Below are positions 52,418 through 64,000 of a stretch of 64,000 bases of DNA, piece after piece. Made by a program: the position numbers and the translations under genes. The notes beneath the pieces are model-generated. The model did not search any database. It was not told the origin of the DNA and saw nothing but the letters and a program-made list of their open reading frames with translations. Positions within the stretch are counted from its first letter, which is position 1; every line of letters begins with the position of its first letter. Source of the DNA: an uncultured Chloroflexia bacterium (GTDB lineage Bacteria; Chloroflexota; Anaerolineae; CG2-30-64-16). Location of the stretch: contig CAWEMM010000008.1 in assembly GCA_963810095.1 (NCBI GenBank), positions 113,474 through 177,473 on the forward strand, read 5' to 3'.

Positions 52418-53423
52418 ATGGCGTTCAATCTGCGAAACCGCAACTTCCTGAAGGAACTCGACTTCACCCCCGAAGAGCTCAAGTTCCTGCTCAAGCTGTC
52501 TGCCGACCTCAAGGCGGCCAAGTACGGCGGCTACGAGGTCGCAGCGCCTCAAGGGCAAGAACATCGCCCTGATCTTCGAGAAGACTTCCACCCGCACCCG
52601 TTGCGCGTTTGAAGTGGCCGCCTACGACCAGGGCGCGCACGTGACCTACCTGGGGCCGTCCGGCTCGCAGATCGGTCACAAGGAGTCGATGAAGGACACG
52701 GCCCGGGTGCTGGGCCGCATGTACGATGGCATCGAGTACCGCGGCTTCGGCCAGGAGCTCGGTCGAGATCCTCGGCGCAATACGCCGGCGTGCCCGTGTG
52801 GAACGGCCTGACCGACGAGTTCCATCCCACTCAGATGCTGTGCGACATCCTGACCATGATCGAGCACAGCGACAAGCACCTGAACGAGATCGCCTACTGC
52901 TACCTGGGCGACGCGCGCAATAACATGGGCAACTCGCTCATGGTGATGGGCTGCAAGATGGGCATGGACGTGCGGTTGTGCGCGCCCAAGGCACTGTGGC
53001 CCGCGCGATGACCTGGTCGCCACCTGCCGCGCCATCGCGGCCGAAACCGGCGCCCGCCTGACGCTGACCGAGAGCGTCGAAGAGGGCGTCAAGGGCGTCG
53101 ACTATCTGTACACCGACGTGTGGGTCTCGATGGGCGAGGCGAAGGAAGTCTGGGACGAGCGCATCGCGATGCTCAAGCCGTACCAGATCAACATGGACGT
53201 GGTGAATAAGACCGGCAACCCGAACGTCAAGTTCATGCACTGCCTCCCGGCCTTCCACAACCGCGAGACCAAGGTCGGCGAGGACATCTTCCAGAAGACC
53301 GGCATGGACGCACTCGAAGTCAGCGACGAGGTGTTCGAGTCCGACCGCTCGATCGTGTTCGCGCAGGCCGAGAATCGCATGCACACGATCAAGGCGATCA
53401 TGGTCGCCACGCTCGGCGACTAA
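52418..53423 (+). CDS. arcB: ornithine carbamoyltransferase (catabolic type); several frameshifts
   Basis: [54 protein letters not shown]. Confidence 0.93.
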
Positions 53424-53450
53424 ACTAACCGCAAAGTGGAAAGGACTCGT

Positions 53451-53478
53451 TGTAGGGCGAGCTAGAGCTCGCCCTACA
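53451..53478. repeat. perfect GTAG-type palindrome (REP-like or terminator)
   Basis: TGTAGGGCGAGCT-AG-AGCTCGCCCTACA. Confidence 0.55.
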
Positions 53479-53651
53479 TGCGCAAGCTCATTGAGCGACT
53501 GGTTTAGCCGTTATGTTTTCGGCATTGGCTCGACGATCGGGGCCATCGCGGATGCGGCTTTCCGGGCGTCGTGCTCTGCCGGCGGAGCTATTGTCCTTCT
53601 GCCGGCAACCTGGCGCGCGACCGGCAAGCGGCAGATGAAGGTGGAGACGCA

Positions 53652-55178
53652 ATGACAACCGGGGCCGCACCCGTGAAGGCGAAACCCATACGCGATCCCA
53701 GCCTGGTCGACGCGCTGATCCCGCTGGTCTTCATGATCATCATGCTGACCTGCTCGATCGTGTTGTTCGGCGTCGACGCGGCCGGCGGCCCGCTGCAGGT
53801 GGCGCTCTTCATGAGTGCGGTCGTCGCCGCCGTCGTCGCGCACAAGAACGGTCACCCGTGGGATACCTTGGGCCAGGAGATCGTCAAAGGCATCTCACTC
53901 GCCATGAGCGCCATTCTGATCCTGCTCATGGTCGGCGCGCTGATCGGCGTCTGGAACATGTCCGGTACGATCGCGACGGTGGTTTACTACGGCATCAAGT
54001 ACATCAACCCGACGTGGTTCTACTTGGCCGCAGCGATCCTGACCGGCCTGATCGGCATCGTCACCGGCAGTTCGTGGACAACAGCCGCAACCCTGGGCGT
54101 CGCGTTCGTCGGCATCGGCAACGCGCTGGGTATGTCGGAGGCCATTACCGCGGGCGCGGTCATCTCCGGCGCGTACTTCGGCGACAAGATGACGCCGCTT
54201 TCCGAGACGACCATTCTGACGCCGCAGATCGTCGGCAGCAATGTCTACGCTCACATTCGCAGCATGTCCAAGGCGACGATCCCGGCCTATCTCATCTCGC
54301 TGGTCCTGTTTTTCCTGATTGGCCGGCGGGGCGGCGTAACCGTGCCGCCGATGGACCCGACCGCGGCGCTGAACGCTCTGGGCAGTGTCTATCACATTAG
54401 CCTGTGGAATCTCGCGCCGATCGTCGTATTGCTGTTGCTCGGCGTCCGCCGATACCCTGCGTTCCTGTCGATCCTGATCGGCACGCTGGCCGGCGCTGGA
54501 ATCGCTGTCATTATGCAGCTACCGCTGCTCATCACTTTCGCCAGCGACCCCGCGCTCAGCGCGCCTTTGGCTGCGCTTAAGTCGGTCTGGATGGCCATGG
54601 CGAACGGCTTCACGCTCACGAGCCCGTATCCCGAGCTTAACACGCTTTTCTCGGGCGGCGGCATGAGCAGCATGCTCTCGACCGTCTGGCTGATTCTCGG
54701 CGCGATGTCTTTCGGCGCCATGATGGACTACGGCGGTTTCAACCAACGGCTGATCGCCCCCGTCATCCAACGGGTGAAGTCCGACGGCGGCGCGATCGCC
54801 ACGGTGATGCTTACGTCGATCGGGCTCAACATCGTGGGCGGCGACCAGTACGTTGCCATCGTCCTACCTGCGCGTATGTTCATGGTGACCTTCCGCAAGC
54901 GCGGCCTGCATCCGGAGACCCTGGCGACCGCAGTTGAGAACTCCGGGACGGTGACCTCGCCGCTGATTCCCTGGAACTCGTGCGGCGCCTACATGTCCTC
55001 GGCGCTGGGCGTCTCGACGTTCGTCTATTTCCCGTACTGCTTCTTCAACTTTCTCAATCCCATTCTGGGGTTGATCTTCGGCTTCGTGGGGATCAACGTG
55101 CAGCGGCTACCTCCGGAGGGCCAGAGCAAAGAGCCCATGCCGGCGGAAGCCATCCCAGCCATGGCGCTGCAGAAGTAG
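53652..55178 (+). CDS. nhaC: NhaC family antiporter
   Basis: TGSSWTTAATLGVA, SGAYFGDKMTPLSETT, LIPWNSCGAYM. Confidence 0.9.
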   Translation: MTTGAAPVKAKPIRDPSLVDALIPLVFMIIMLTCSIVLFGVDAAGGPLQVALFMSAVVAAVVAHKNGHPWDTLGQEIVKGISLAMSAILILLMVGALIGVWNMSGTIATVVYYGIKYINPTWFYLAAAILTGLIGIVTGSSWTTAATLGVAFVGIGNALGMSEAITAGAVISGAYFGDKMTPLSETTILTPQIVGSNVYAHIRSMSKATIPAYLISLVLFFLIGRRGGVTVPPMDPTAALNALGSVYHISLWNLAPIVVLLLLGVRRYPAFLSILIGTLAGAGIAVIMQLPLLITFASDPALSAPLAALKSVWMAMANGFTLTSPYPELNTLFSGGGMSSMLSTVWLILGAMSFGAMMDYGGFNQRLIAPVIQRVKSDGGAIATVMLTSIGLNIVGGDQYVAIVLPARMFMVTFRKRGLHPETLATAVENSGTVTSPLIPWNSCGAYMSSALGVSTFVYFPYCFFNFLNPILGLIFGFVGINVQRLPPEGQSKEPMPAEAIPAMALQK

Positions 55179-55185
55179 GCGTAAA

Positions 55186-56604
55186 TTGGCGGACGAGTCC
55201 AACAAGGTGCGTGAATCGGAGGTGGCGGAGGCCGCCGGCGCTGCCGTAGGTTCTGCTGTTGCGCCGAGCCAGCTCGCCCCGGCGGGCTTGCCCGTCATAG
55301 GCGACCCAGACCTGCTGCGGTGCCTGGGCGGGATCGGCAAGGGACTGATCGCTGCCGGCAGTTCGGTCGGCACCGTCGAGGACACCCTCGGCGAAATCGC
55401 CCGCGCACACGGCTCCGAATGCGAGATCGTGGCCCTGCCGAATACCCTGATGATTAAGCTCGGGCCGCCAAGCGCGCCCGGGCGCCCAAACATTTCCGGG
55501 CAGTGGGATCAAGGTGAGCGGTGGGCGCCGCTGCTGGACTTCACCGTTCAGCGGCTGACGAGCCTCAAGCTCGACCAGATGTCCGAGCTGATGCCGCTCA
55601 TTGACAGGGTGCGCCGCAAGACGCTGACGCCCCGAGACGCAGCCCAACAGATCGACCGGGTCCTGGCCCAACCGCACCGGTTCCCTTGGCCGCTCATCAT
55701 TTTCGGGTACTTCCTGTCATGCGCAGGCTTGACGCTGCTGTACCAGCCGTTTTGGCGATCGGTCGCGGTGACAGGCGCGATGGGCATTTTCGTGGGCGCA
55801 ATGTCGCTCTGGTTCCGACGGCGGCCACGATTCGAGCTTCTGCTGCCCGTGCTTGCGGCCATCGTCGTGTCCACTGTGATGTTCACCCTGGCCGAATCGG
55901 GCGTGATCTACGGCGCCGCGACGCTGATCGTGCCGCCCCTGGTCATGTTCCTGCCCGGAGCTATCCTGACGACGGGCATGATTGAGCTGGCTTCGATGCA
56001 CATCCTTTCCGGGTCGGCCCGGTTGATGTACGGAGCCGCCACGCTCTTTTTGTTGTACATCGGGATTGCCGTGGGGTTGAGCCTTTCCGGGCTGCCGGCC
56101 TCCCAGGTGTATGGGTCGCAGGTGACCAGCTTCCCCTGGTGGGCGCCGGTCCTCGGCACCCTGCTGTTCGGGGCCGGGACGTTCATCCGCCTGTCCGGCG
56201 CGAATCGCGACCTGTTCTGGATGCTGCTGGTTCTCTATGTGGCCATGGTGAGCCAGGCGGTGGGCGAACGCTGGGTAAGCCCGTACTTCGGCGCTTTTCT
56301 CGGCGCGACGCTCATGACGCTTAGCTCGGAGCTGATTGCACGGTCACCGAAGCGGACCCCCGCCCTGGCCTCCAGGGCGCTGGCCTTCTGGTTTCTGGTG
56401 CCCGGCGCCCGCGGGCTGCTGGGCGTCACAAATATCCTGGGCAAAGACTACCAGAGCGCGGTGATCGGCATCGGCGAGATGCTGGGGCTGATGGGCGCAA
56501 TTGCACTGGGGGTGTTGCTGGGTACGCTGACCGTGTCGCCCCGGCAGTTCGGATCTGCGGACGCGGGCACGGCGGCGAACGAGTTTGCGGGCAGGGCGGT
56601 ATGA
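55186..56604 (+). CDS. ThrE family threonine/serine exporter
   Basis: N-terminal soluble domain, 10 TM, FLPG..LTTGMIELA…SGSARL, FLVPG. Confidence 0.82.
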   Translation: MADESNKVRESEVAEAAGAAVGSAVAPSQLAPAGLPVIGDPDLLRCLGGIGKGLIAAGSSVGTVEDTLGEIARAHGSECEIVALPNTLMIKLGPPSAPGRPNISGQWDQGERWAPLLDFTVQRLTSLKLDQMSELMPLIDRVRRKTLTPRDAAQQIDRVLAQPHRFPWPLIIFGYFLSCAGLTLLYQPFWRSVAVTGAMGIFVGAMSLWFRRRPRFELLLPVLAAIVVSTVMFTLAESGVIYGAATLIVPPLVMFLPGAILTTGMIELASMHILSGSARLMYGAATLFLLYIGIAVGLSLSGLPASQVYGSQVTSFPWWAPVLGTLLFGAGTFIRLSGANRDLFWMLLVLYVAMVSQAVGERWVSPYFGAFLGATLMTLSSELIARSPKRTPALASRALAFWFLVPGARGLLGVTNILGKDYQSAVIGIGEMLGLMGAIALGVLLGTLTVSPRQFGSADAGTAANEFAGRAV

Positions 56605-58099
56605 GCGCTGTGGTCATCGATCTACTTTGGGCGATACTCGCCATTCTCCTCATCACCACGATCTACGTGACCGTGCGTACGCTCCTGTTCGCACGCAGCC
56701 AGCGTGCAATGCGGGCCGTCGAGGGCGTGCCGGTCGACCAGACTGCGGTGGCCGGGCACCTCGCCGCCTCGATCCGGTGCCAAACGGTCCCGCTCGACGA
56801 CACCGGTACGCCTGATCCCGAGGCGTTCAAACAACTGCACCAGTTTCTCGCCGAGTGCTACCCGCTGGTGCACCAGAAGCTGAAACGCGAGGTCATCAAC
56901 GGGTATAGCCTTCTCTATACCTGGCAGGGGACCCGGCCCGATCTGGACCCGGTGATGCTGATGGCGCACCAGGATGTCGTCTCGGCCGACCGCGGCCGAT
57001 TGGACGCATCCACCGTTCGAAGGTGTGATCGCGGATGGCTTCGTGTGGGGACGGGGCACGCTTGACATCAAGAACCAACTGATCGGCATCTTCGACGCGG
57101 CCGAAACCCTGTTGGCGCACGGTTACGTCCCGAGCGGACGATCCTGTTCGGCCTGGGGCATGACGAAGAGACCGGCGGGCGTGAACGGCTGCAAGGTGAT
57201 GGGGCAATTGCTCAAGGAGCGGGGCGTCCACCTTGCCGGCATCGTTGATGAGGGGGGTGGGATCAGCGCAGGGCTCGCCGCGGGCGTGCGCGGCGCGATC
57301 GGCCTGATCGGCGTCAGCGAGAAGGGCTATTTGACGGTCGAGTTCCACGTGCAGGGCCAGCCCGGGCACTCTTCGACCCCACCGCCGCAGACCGCCATCG
57401 GCATCCTCGCGCGCGGCCTGGCCCGCCTCGAGGCGCATCCGATGCCGACGCACGTTCGCCGCCTGCGGCCCATGTATCGCGGTATCGGCAAGGCCGCGCC
57501 CATCTGGTTGCAGGTCGCGTTTGCGAACGTCTGGCTGTTCGGCTTCTTCCTCAGGCGGTGGCTGATGAGCAATCCCGAGATGAATGCCAGCATCCGCACG
57601 ACGACGGCCCTGACAATCATCCAGGGAGGCGTGGAAGACAATACCGTTCCTGCCGAGGCGAAGGCGTTTGTCAATTTCCGCCTCCTGCCCGGCGACACCA
57701 TCGCCGATGTTCTGTGGCATGCGAAGAAGGTCATCAACGACGAGCGCGTCACCTTCAAGCCCGTCGAGGGCAAGTTCAACGAAGCCCTGCCTGTCTCGCC
57801 CAACAACGGCCCGGCGTATGACAGCCTGAAGAAGGTGATCCGACCAGATCTTCGACAACCCGCCGGTCGCGCCGTTCGTGATGCTGGGCGGCACCGATTG
57901 TCAGCACTTCGTCCCGGTGTGCGATCACATTTACCGCTTCACTTCGGTTGTGATGGATGAGAGCTTCCGCGGCCTGGAACACGGCATCGACGAGCGCATC
58001 CCTGTCGAGGCGATGGCGAAGATGGTGCAGTTTTACGCGCAACTGATGCAGGCCTGGGGCGCGAAAGACATGGCGGGTGAGAGAGCAAGATCAATCTGA
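56601..58099 (+). CDS. M20 family metallopeptidase (carboxypeptidase S-like); several frameshifts
   Basis: MAHQDVV, WGRGTLDIK, GHDEE, VDEGG, GHSSTPP, GGTD, HGIDERI. Confidence 0.88.
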
Positions 58100-58135
58100 C
58101 TCGCAGTTCAACAACGAGGAGGTAAAGAGGTTCCG

Positions 58136-58510
58136 GTGAAAAACAAATGGCTCATCCTTAGCTTCGTCGTGCTTCTACTCGGCGCCGCGGCGTGCTATCC
58201 CCCCACGCTTCCTGCCAGCCCGGCGTCGCCGACCGCCGATCCTGCCATCTACAACCAGGTGCCCGATACGACGGTGTATGACCCGGGACAGTGTACAGCG
58301 GTGCTCAAAGCGCCGGCCCCCGCCTACACCTCGAATACCCTGGCGGGGCAGCCGAGCGGCGAGATCCCGGCCGGTCAGTATGAAGTGGGCGTAGTAGCCG
58401 ACTACGGCAGCAGCGTCTTTTACGGACTGAATAATGTGGGTACGGTGAACTGGATCAAGAGCACCAGTGTCTCGTCGCTCACCGGCGCTTGCGCCACGAA
58501 AACCAATTAG
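58136..58510 (+). CDS. small putative lipoprotein
   Basis: MKNK plus hydrophobic stretch plus AAC lipobox-like site. Confidence 0.65.
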   Translation: MKNKWLILSFVVLLLGAAACYPPTLPASPASPTADPAIYNQVPDTTVYDPGQCTAVLKAPAPAYTSNTLAGQPSGEIPAGQYEVGVVADYGSSVFYGLNNVGTVNWIKSTSVSSLTGACATKTN

Positions 58511-58571
58511 CCGGCGCCAAGCCGTCAGTGCCCGGCCATCACACTGCTCAGGAAGCAGAAGGAGCTTTCAC

Positions 58572-59847
58572 ATGGGACAGTTCGGTGTTTACTCTGAAGT
58601 TGGTAAGCTGCGGAAGGTTATCGTGCACCGTCCGGAGCTTAGCCTTAAGCGGCTGACCCCTACGAATCACGACGAGCTGTTGTTCGACGATGTGCTCTGG
58701 GTCGAGCGCGCCCAATGGGAGCACGACCAGTTTGTCGCCGCGATGCGGGCCCGCGGGACCGAGGTGTTCTACCTCGAGACGCTGCTCGCCGAAGCCCTCG
58801 CGGCCAGCGAAGAAGCCCGCCACAAGATCATCAACCTCGTCGCGTCCGAGTACACGGTCGGCTGGTCGCTGGTTGACGAGGTGCGCTCGTGCTTGTGGGA
58901 CATGAAGCCGGATGTGCTGGCGTCGCACCTGATCGGTGGCCTCACGGTCGGCGAGATGGATATCGACTTCAAGGCCATGAAGGAGCTATCGCTGGGTGCG
59001 GCTGCGCTCGACGTCGAGGCCGAAGGCCGGGAGTATTTCGTCATACCGCCGGTGCCGAACTCGCTGTTCACGCGTGACTCGTCGTGCTGGATCTTCAACG
59101 GCGTGTCGGTCAATCCGATGTACTGGCCGGCCCGGCGCAAGGAATCGCTCAACCTGCTGGCGATCTACCGCTACCATCCGATGTTCCAGGATGCCAACTT
59201 CGAGTGGTGGTACCCTGAGCTGGGTGACGACGGCAAGTTCAACGCCCAGGACTTCGGCCAGTCCTCGTTGGAAGGCGGCGACGTCATGCCCATCGGCAAC
59301 GGCACGGTGCTCATCGGCATGAGCGAGCGCAGCCAGGCGCGCATGATCGAGCAGATCGCCAAGAACCTCTTCGCCAAGGGTGCGGCCGAGCGGGTGATCG
59401 CGGCAGTGATGACCAAGGACCGGGCGCACATGCACCTGGACACCGTCTTCACCTTCCTGGACCGGGACGTCGTGACCGCGTATCCCAAGGTCGTTCCCAA
59501 CATCCGGGCAATTAGCCTGCGGCCAGGCCGGCTGGAGCGGCGATTTCCATGTCACGGTCGAGGACAGCTTCCTGGGCGCAGTTGCGGATGCGCTCAAGGT
59601 CAAGAAGCTGCGTGTGGTCGAGACCGGCGGCGACAGCTACCAGGCGCAGCGCGAGCAGTGGGACGATGCCAATAACACCGTTGCACTCGAGCCGGGCGTG
59701 GTGGTGTCTTACGAGCGCAACACGTACACCATCAGCAAGATGCGCGAGGCCGGCATCGAGGTGATCCCGATCGCCGGGTTCGAGTTGGGCAAGGGCCGCG
59801 GCGGTGGGCACTGCATGACTTGCCCGATTCAGCGGGACGCGATCTAC
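58572..59847 (+). CDS. arcA: arginine deiminase; frameshift near 59530; stop not visible (3' end approximate)
   Basis: [49 protein letters not shown]. Confidence 0.95.
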
Positions 59848-59884
59848 GGACGCGCGCGACCTGGGCCGCGAAGGGAGGTACATC

Positions 59885-60079
59885 TTGAGCAAATTCTGGG
59901 CATGGGTGGCCGGCATCCTGGTGGCGGCTTGCATCATCGGCCTGCTCATCAGCCCGAAGCCACCGCCTCACCAGAAAGGTGTGGTCTACGCGGCGGTGCG
60001 TCGCGCCGTTCAACCGCAGGCGCAATTGCAGTCACCGGAAGGCAACTGGCTGCTGATACGGCGCATTCCGCGACCGTAA
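59885..60079 (+). CDS. small membrane-anchored hypothetical protein
   Basis: RBS GGGAGG and a single N-terminal TM. Confidence 0.45.
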   Translation: MSKFWAWVAGILVAACIIGLLISPKPPPHQKGVVYAAVRRAVQPQAQLQSPEGNWLLIRRIPRP

Positions 60080-60138
60080 CTGCACGGGTTGGCCGGGCTA
60101 CCGGTGCAACCCGGATGATGTGAAGCAGGAGCAGTCAG

Positions 60139-60885
60139 GTGCTCATAGCATGCCTCTGGGGCGGCCTGGCGGCGGCATCGCTGCTGCTCGGTTATCTGTT
60201 CGCCGAGCGGGGCCTTTCGAACCGGACCGTGGGGATGATCATGGGCATTGGCGCGGGCGCGCTAATCAGCGCCATCGCCTATGAACTCATCCCCGAGTCC
60301 GCACTCGGTGGCATCGGCATGGCGGTCGCGTTCGCGCTGGGCGCGATCGCCTTCTTTGCCGGCGACTGGCTGGTAGACCGACGGGGCGGAGCGGAGCGGA
60401 AAAGCATCGCCGGCGGACGCGGGGCCGGGCCTGGTGCGGCCGAAAGCGGCGTCACCGGCAGCGGGCCGGCGATCTTTATCGGCACGTTGCTCGACAATAT
60501 ACCCGAGTCCCTCATCCTGGGGATGGGCCTTGCCCTCGGGGGCGGGATCAACGTCGCCTTCCTGGCAGCGGTCTTCGTGTCGAATCTCCCAGAAGGCGTG
60601 GCCGGGACGGTCAATCTGCAGGCCGCAGGCTACTCGCGTGCAAGGATACTACGGCTGTGGCTGATGCTGGTGGTACTTTCGGCGGCTTGCGCGGGCCTGG
60701 GCTACGCCGTTATAGGCTGGCTGCCCGGTATCGACGGGCGCTATGCCCAAGCGTTCACCGCAGGCGCAATGCTCACCATGCTGGCGGATGCTATGATGCC
60801 GGAAGCATTCGAGCACGGCGGCAAACTCGTCGGTCTTGGCACAGTGTCTGGGTTTCTGGTTGCAGCCCTGCTGAGCGCTTTGTAG
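60139..60885 (+). CDS. ZIP family-like metal transporter
   Basis: LLDNIPES, FVSNLPEG, AGAMLTMLAD.MMPEAF. Confidence 0.85.
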   Translation: MLIACLWGGLAAASLLLGYLFAERGLSNRTVGMIMGIGAGALISAIAYELIPESALGGIGMAVAFALGAIAFFAGDWLVDRRGGAERKSIAGGRGAGPGAAESGVTGSGPAIFIGTLLDNIPESLILGMGLALGGGINVAFLAAVFVSNLPEGVAGTVNLQAAGYSRARILRLWLMLVVLSAACAGLGYAVIGWLPGIDGRYAQAFTAGAMLTMLADAMMPEAFEHGGKLVGLGTVSGFLVAALLSAL

Positions 60886-60934
60886 CGGGCAAGAGCCGCG
60901 AGAGTTTGCGGCCCTACAAGGCATTGGCAGCGCC

Positions 60935-61180
60935 ACAGAGGTGTACGATGAATCAAAGCAAGGACAAGATGTAAGCAGAGAAGGATTTCCCGGACAAGCC
61001 GTGGTACGTGGTGGACTCGCACGATCAGAAGCGGGAAGACTGAACTGCATTAGCCACCTGTTGAGCCAGGTGCCATACCACGAGGTGCCGCACGAGAAGG
61101 TGAAGCTGCCGGAGCGCCAGTCAAAAGGCGACTACGAGGAGCCGAACTACCCGTTCCGCTGGGTGCCCGCCAAATTCTAG
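60935..61180 (+). pseudogene. ppk2: C-terminal remnant of polyphosphate kinase 2
   Basis: RLNCISHLLSQVPY.EVP.EKVKLP.RQ…YEEPNYPFRWVP matches the PPK2 C-terminus; upstream part is degenerate. Confidence 0.72.
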
Positions 61181-61196
61181 GAGGGGGTAACTGACC

Positions 61197-64000
61197 GTGA
61201 CAGAAGATACGCAACCTAAGTGGTTTACCATGACCCCGGAGGCGGTCGCCGAAGGAGCTGAACGTCGATCCGGCGAAGGGGCTGAGCGCGGCCGAGGTGG
61301 CCCAGCGGCTGCAGAAGTACGGCGCGAACCAAATGGCCGCGAAGAAGAAGGAATCGGGCGCGCAGGCCTTCATACGCCAATACAAGGATTTCATGCAGAT
61401 CATCCTTGTGGCGGCCGCGATCATTAACCTGATCGCCACCCGCCAGCTGAGCACGACGATCGTGCTGCTGGTCCTGACAGTCTTCAACGCGGTGCTGGGC
61501 CTGCGCGGGGAATCGAAGGCCGAGGCCAGCCTGGCCGCGCTCGAGAAGATGATGAAGAACATCACCCGCGTACGTCGTGACGGCCAGGCGATCGAGATCG
61601 AGGCCGAGCAGCTCGTGCCGGGCGACATCGTGCTGATGGAGGCAGGCAACCGCGTCCCGGCGGACGGGCGTCTCTTCGTCACCGCGACTCTCGAGATCGA
61701 GGAAGCTGCGCTGACGGGTGAAAGCGTCGCGTCGCCGAAGGACACCGAGACGATCCAGAAAGTGGACGCACCTCTCGGCGACCGTCACTGCATGGGCTAC
61801 ATGAACACGGCGGTTACACGGGGCCGCGGCGAGATGATCGTCACGACCACCGGCATGGGTACCGAGATGGGGCACATCGCGGACCTGCTGAACAAGACTG
61901 AGGCCGACAAGACGCCGCTCCAGAAGCAGTTGGACAGGCTGACCGTCGTTATCGCGGGCCTGGCCGGCGTCGCATTCATCCTGATGGTGATCCTAGGTCT
62001 CAGGAACGGTGATCCCTTCGATGTGATATTCACGGCCGGGATCGCACTCGCCATCTCGGCAATCCCGACGGGCATGCCCGCGGTCGTCACAACGTTGTAT
62101 TCAATGGGCACCCGCACCCTGGCCGGGCAGAATGCTATCGTCAAGCGTCTGCCATCGGTCGAGACACTCGGCTCGGTCTCGGCGATCTGCTCGGACAAGA
62201 CGGGCACGCTGACGCTCAACAAGATGACGGCGCGCGAGTTCACCATCCCTGGGCAGAACCGCTTCACGGTGACCGGTGAAGGTTATGGCACGCAAGGGAC
62301 ATTGACGCTGTCCAGCGGGATTGCGGGATTGCAGCCCTGGCAGAAAAACACCCTCGCTTACAGCACAGAAGGCAAGCTGCTCAGCGCTGGTGGCGCCAAG
62401 GTGGACCTCGATCCGATCCTGCTGCCGATGGCGTTGTGCGCCGACGCCCGGCTCGACAACGGCGCCTTGATCGGCGACCCGACCGAAGGCGCACTGATCG
62501 TGCTGGCGGAGAAAGGCGGCATCAGCATCGAGGGCGCGCGCCAGATGTACCCGCGGGTTGCCGAGGTGCCGTTCGACTCCGACTACAAGTTCATGGCCAC
62601 CTTCCACAACATGACGAACGAGCAGGGCAAGCCAGTGGTGCGGGCCTTCGTCAAGGGCGCGCCCGACGTGCTAATCGCGCGCTCGCGCTCGTACTGGATG
62701 CCGGAGGGAGAGGTCCTGGAAGCGAACGAGGACAAGGGCCGGCTGGCGCTCGAGGAAAACGAGCGCATGGCGAAGGCGGGCGAACGGGTGATGGTCGTGG
62801 CGCGCCGCGATTTCGACCCGGCCACCTTTGACCCGAAGAGCAAGCTGATCGACCTGATGACAGACCTGACAATGCTGGCGATGGTCGGCATCGTGGATCC
62901 GCCACGGGCTGAGGCGAAGGCCGCGATCGCCAAGTGCCACAGCGCGGGCATCCAGGTGCGCATGATCACGGGCGACCACGCGGTCACTGCCGCGGCGATC
63001 GGCAAGGAATTGGGCATCACGGGCAAGGCCCTCACCGGCGCGCAGTTCGCAGCCATGAGCGATGAGGAACTGAAGAGGGAGTTGCCTGACATCGGCGTGG
63101 TGGCCCGCGTGGCGCCGGAGGACAAGATCCGGCTGGTGCGGCTGCTTCAGGAGCAGAGCAACATCGTGGCGATGACGGGCGATGGCGTCAACGATGCGCC
63201 GGCCCTCAAGAAGGCCGACATCGGCGTGGCCATGGGCATCACGGGCACCGAGGTCTCGAAGGGCGCCGCGGTCATGATCCTGACCGACGACAACTTCGCC
63301 ACCATCGTCAAGGCGGTCGAGTTCGGCCGGGGGATCTACGACAACCTGGCCAAGTACGTGCGCTTCCAGATGACTGCGTTGGTCGCGTTTATCATCAGCT
63401 ATCTGGTTGCGGCGCTGTTCCGCATTCTGGGTGGGGTGCCATTTACGCCGCTCGTGGTGTTGTGGATCAACTTCCTGGTGCAGGTGCCCCTCGCGGTGGC
63501 TCTGGGCTTCGATACGCCTGCACCGGGTCTGATGGAGCGCAAGCCGCGGCCGCTGAGCCAGCCGGTGCTGTCCCGGGCGCAGTGGATGCGGATCATCTTC
63601 ATCGGATTCCTGGTCGCGCTGGGTACGATGGTCCTCGAGTACCTCCAGGTCGACCCGGCGGTGGCGGCGACGATGGGGTTCGTGGTCTTCTCACTGTGCA
63701 ACATTACGATCGCGCTGTCAGTGCGCGACGAAAACGCCAGCGCGTTCAACCGGGAGTTCCTGTCGGACCGCCGGCAGCTGATGCTGTTCGGGTTGTCGCT
63801 GCTGTTCGTGTTTGTACCAGTTGAACTAGGCTTCCCGCGCTTCCTCGGCCTGACCCGCTTGAATGGGTACACCTGGCTGCTTTGTATCGCAGTCGCCGTG
63901 GCAGTGCTGCTGGTCGACGAAACGATTAAGATCTTCCGCCGCCGCAAACTGGCCCGCGCCAAGGCCGCAGAGGGAACGTTGCCGATCACCCACCAGCTGC
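61197..64000 (+). CDS. cation-transporting P-type ATPase (type II), 3' partial; frameshift near 61255
   Basis: LTGES, AIPTGMP, CSDKTGTLT, GDPTE, KGAPD, MITGDH, TGDGVND. Confidence 0.93.

Noticed and set aside
51347-52612. Apparent DUF2252-OTC fusion
   Set aside because: Frameshift near 52190; DUF2252 has a natural stop at 52286 and OTC has its own RBS and ATG at 52418
53451-53478. REP/RAYT system
   Set aside because: Only one copy in the window and no transposase nearby
59845-60123. Long C-terminal extension of arginine deiminase
   Set aside because: The tail after CPIQRDAI is low-complexity and overlaps another ORF with an RBS; a miscalled stop (TAC for TAA/TAG) is more likely
7590-61260. 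More than 30 frameshifts in otherwise intact genes, considered as programmed frameshifting or mass pseudogenisation
   Set aside because: They are scattered 1-nt indels without slippery sites or accompanying nonsense mutations, and affect conserved genes (kdpB, arcB, modB); most consistent with long-read error

Overview
GC-rich bacterial DNA; gene content and style suggest Chloroflexota (inference). Many otherwise intact genes carry single-base frameshifts, most likely long-read indel errors. There are three blocks. (1) <1 to ~26.9 kb is a toxic-anion resistance region with an arsenic module (ArsR-ArsC, three more ArsC, ArsR, double-domain ArsM-like methyltransferase) and FOUR fluoride (crcB-motif) riboswitches, each followed by an intrinsic terminator. 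They head: (a) eno, His-phosphatase, ppa, fluC, DUF190/CBS, hypothetical, DUF6062-like, EamA; (b) MFS, two MutS-like ATPases and a truncated P-type ATPase; (c) MoxR, DUF58 and a DUF4129-like protein; (d) an unknown protein. Riboswitches c and d lie back to back behind overlapping divergent promoters. The pyrophosphatase has Asp->Glu at the fluoride/nucleophile-binding position. The block ends at a 3' fragment of tRNA-Gly(CCC), a probable att site, flanked by mobile-element debris. (2) ~29-46 kb holds a multi-PAS kinase lacking its H-box His, a receiver-only regulator, two KimA/YdaO-like permeases, two KdpE and kdpFABCDE. The three potassium-uptake promoters share phased TTGAC repeats. (3) ~46-64 kb holds a MalT-like regulator and an arginine deiminase cluster (YfcC, DUF2252, OTC, NhaC, ThrE, M20, arcA; no carbamate kinase in the window), a ZIP transporter, a ppk2 remnant and a partial P-type ATPase.
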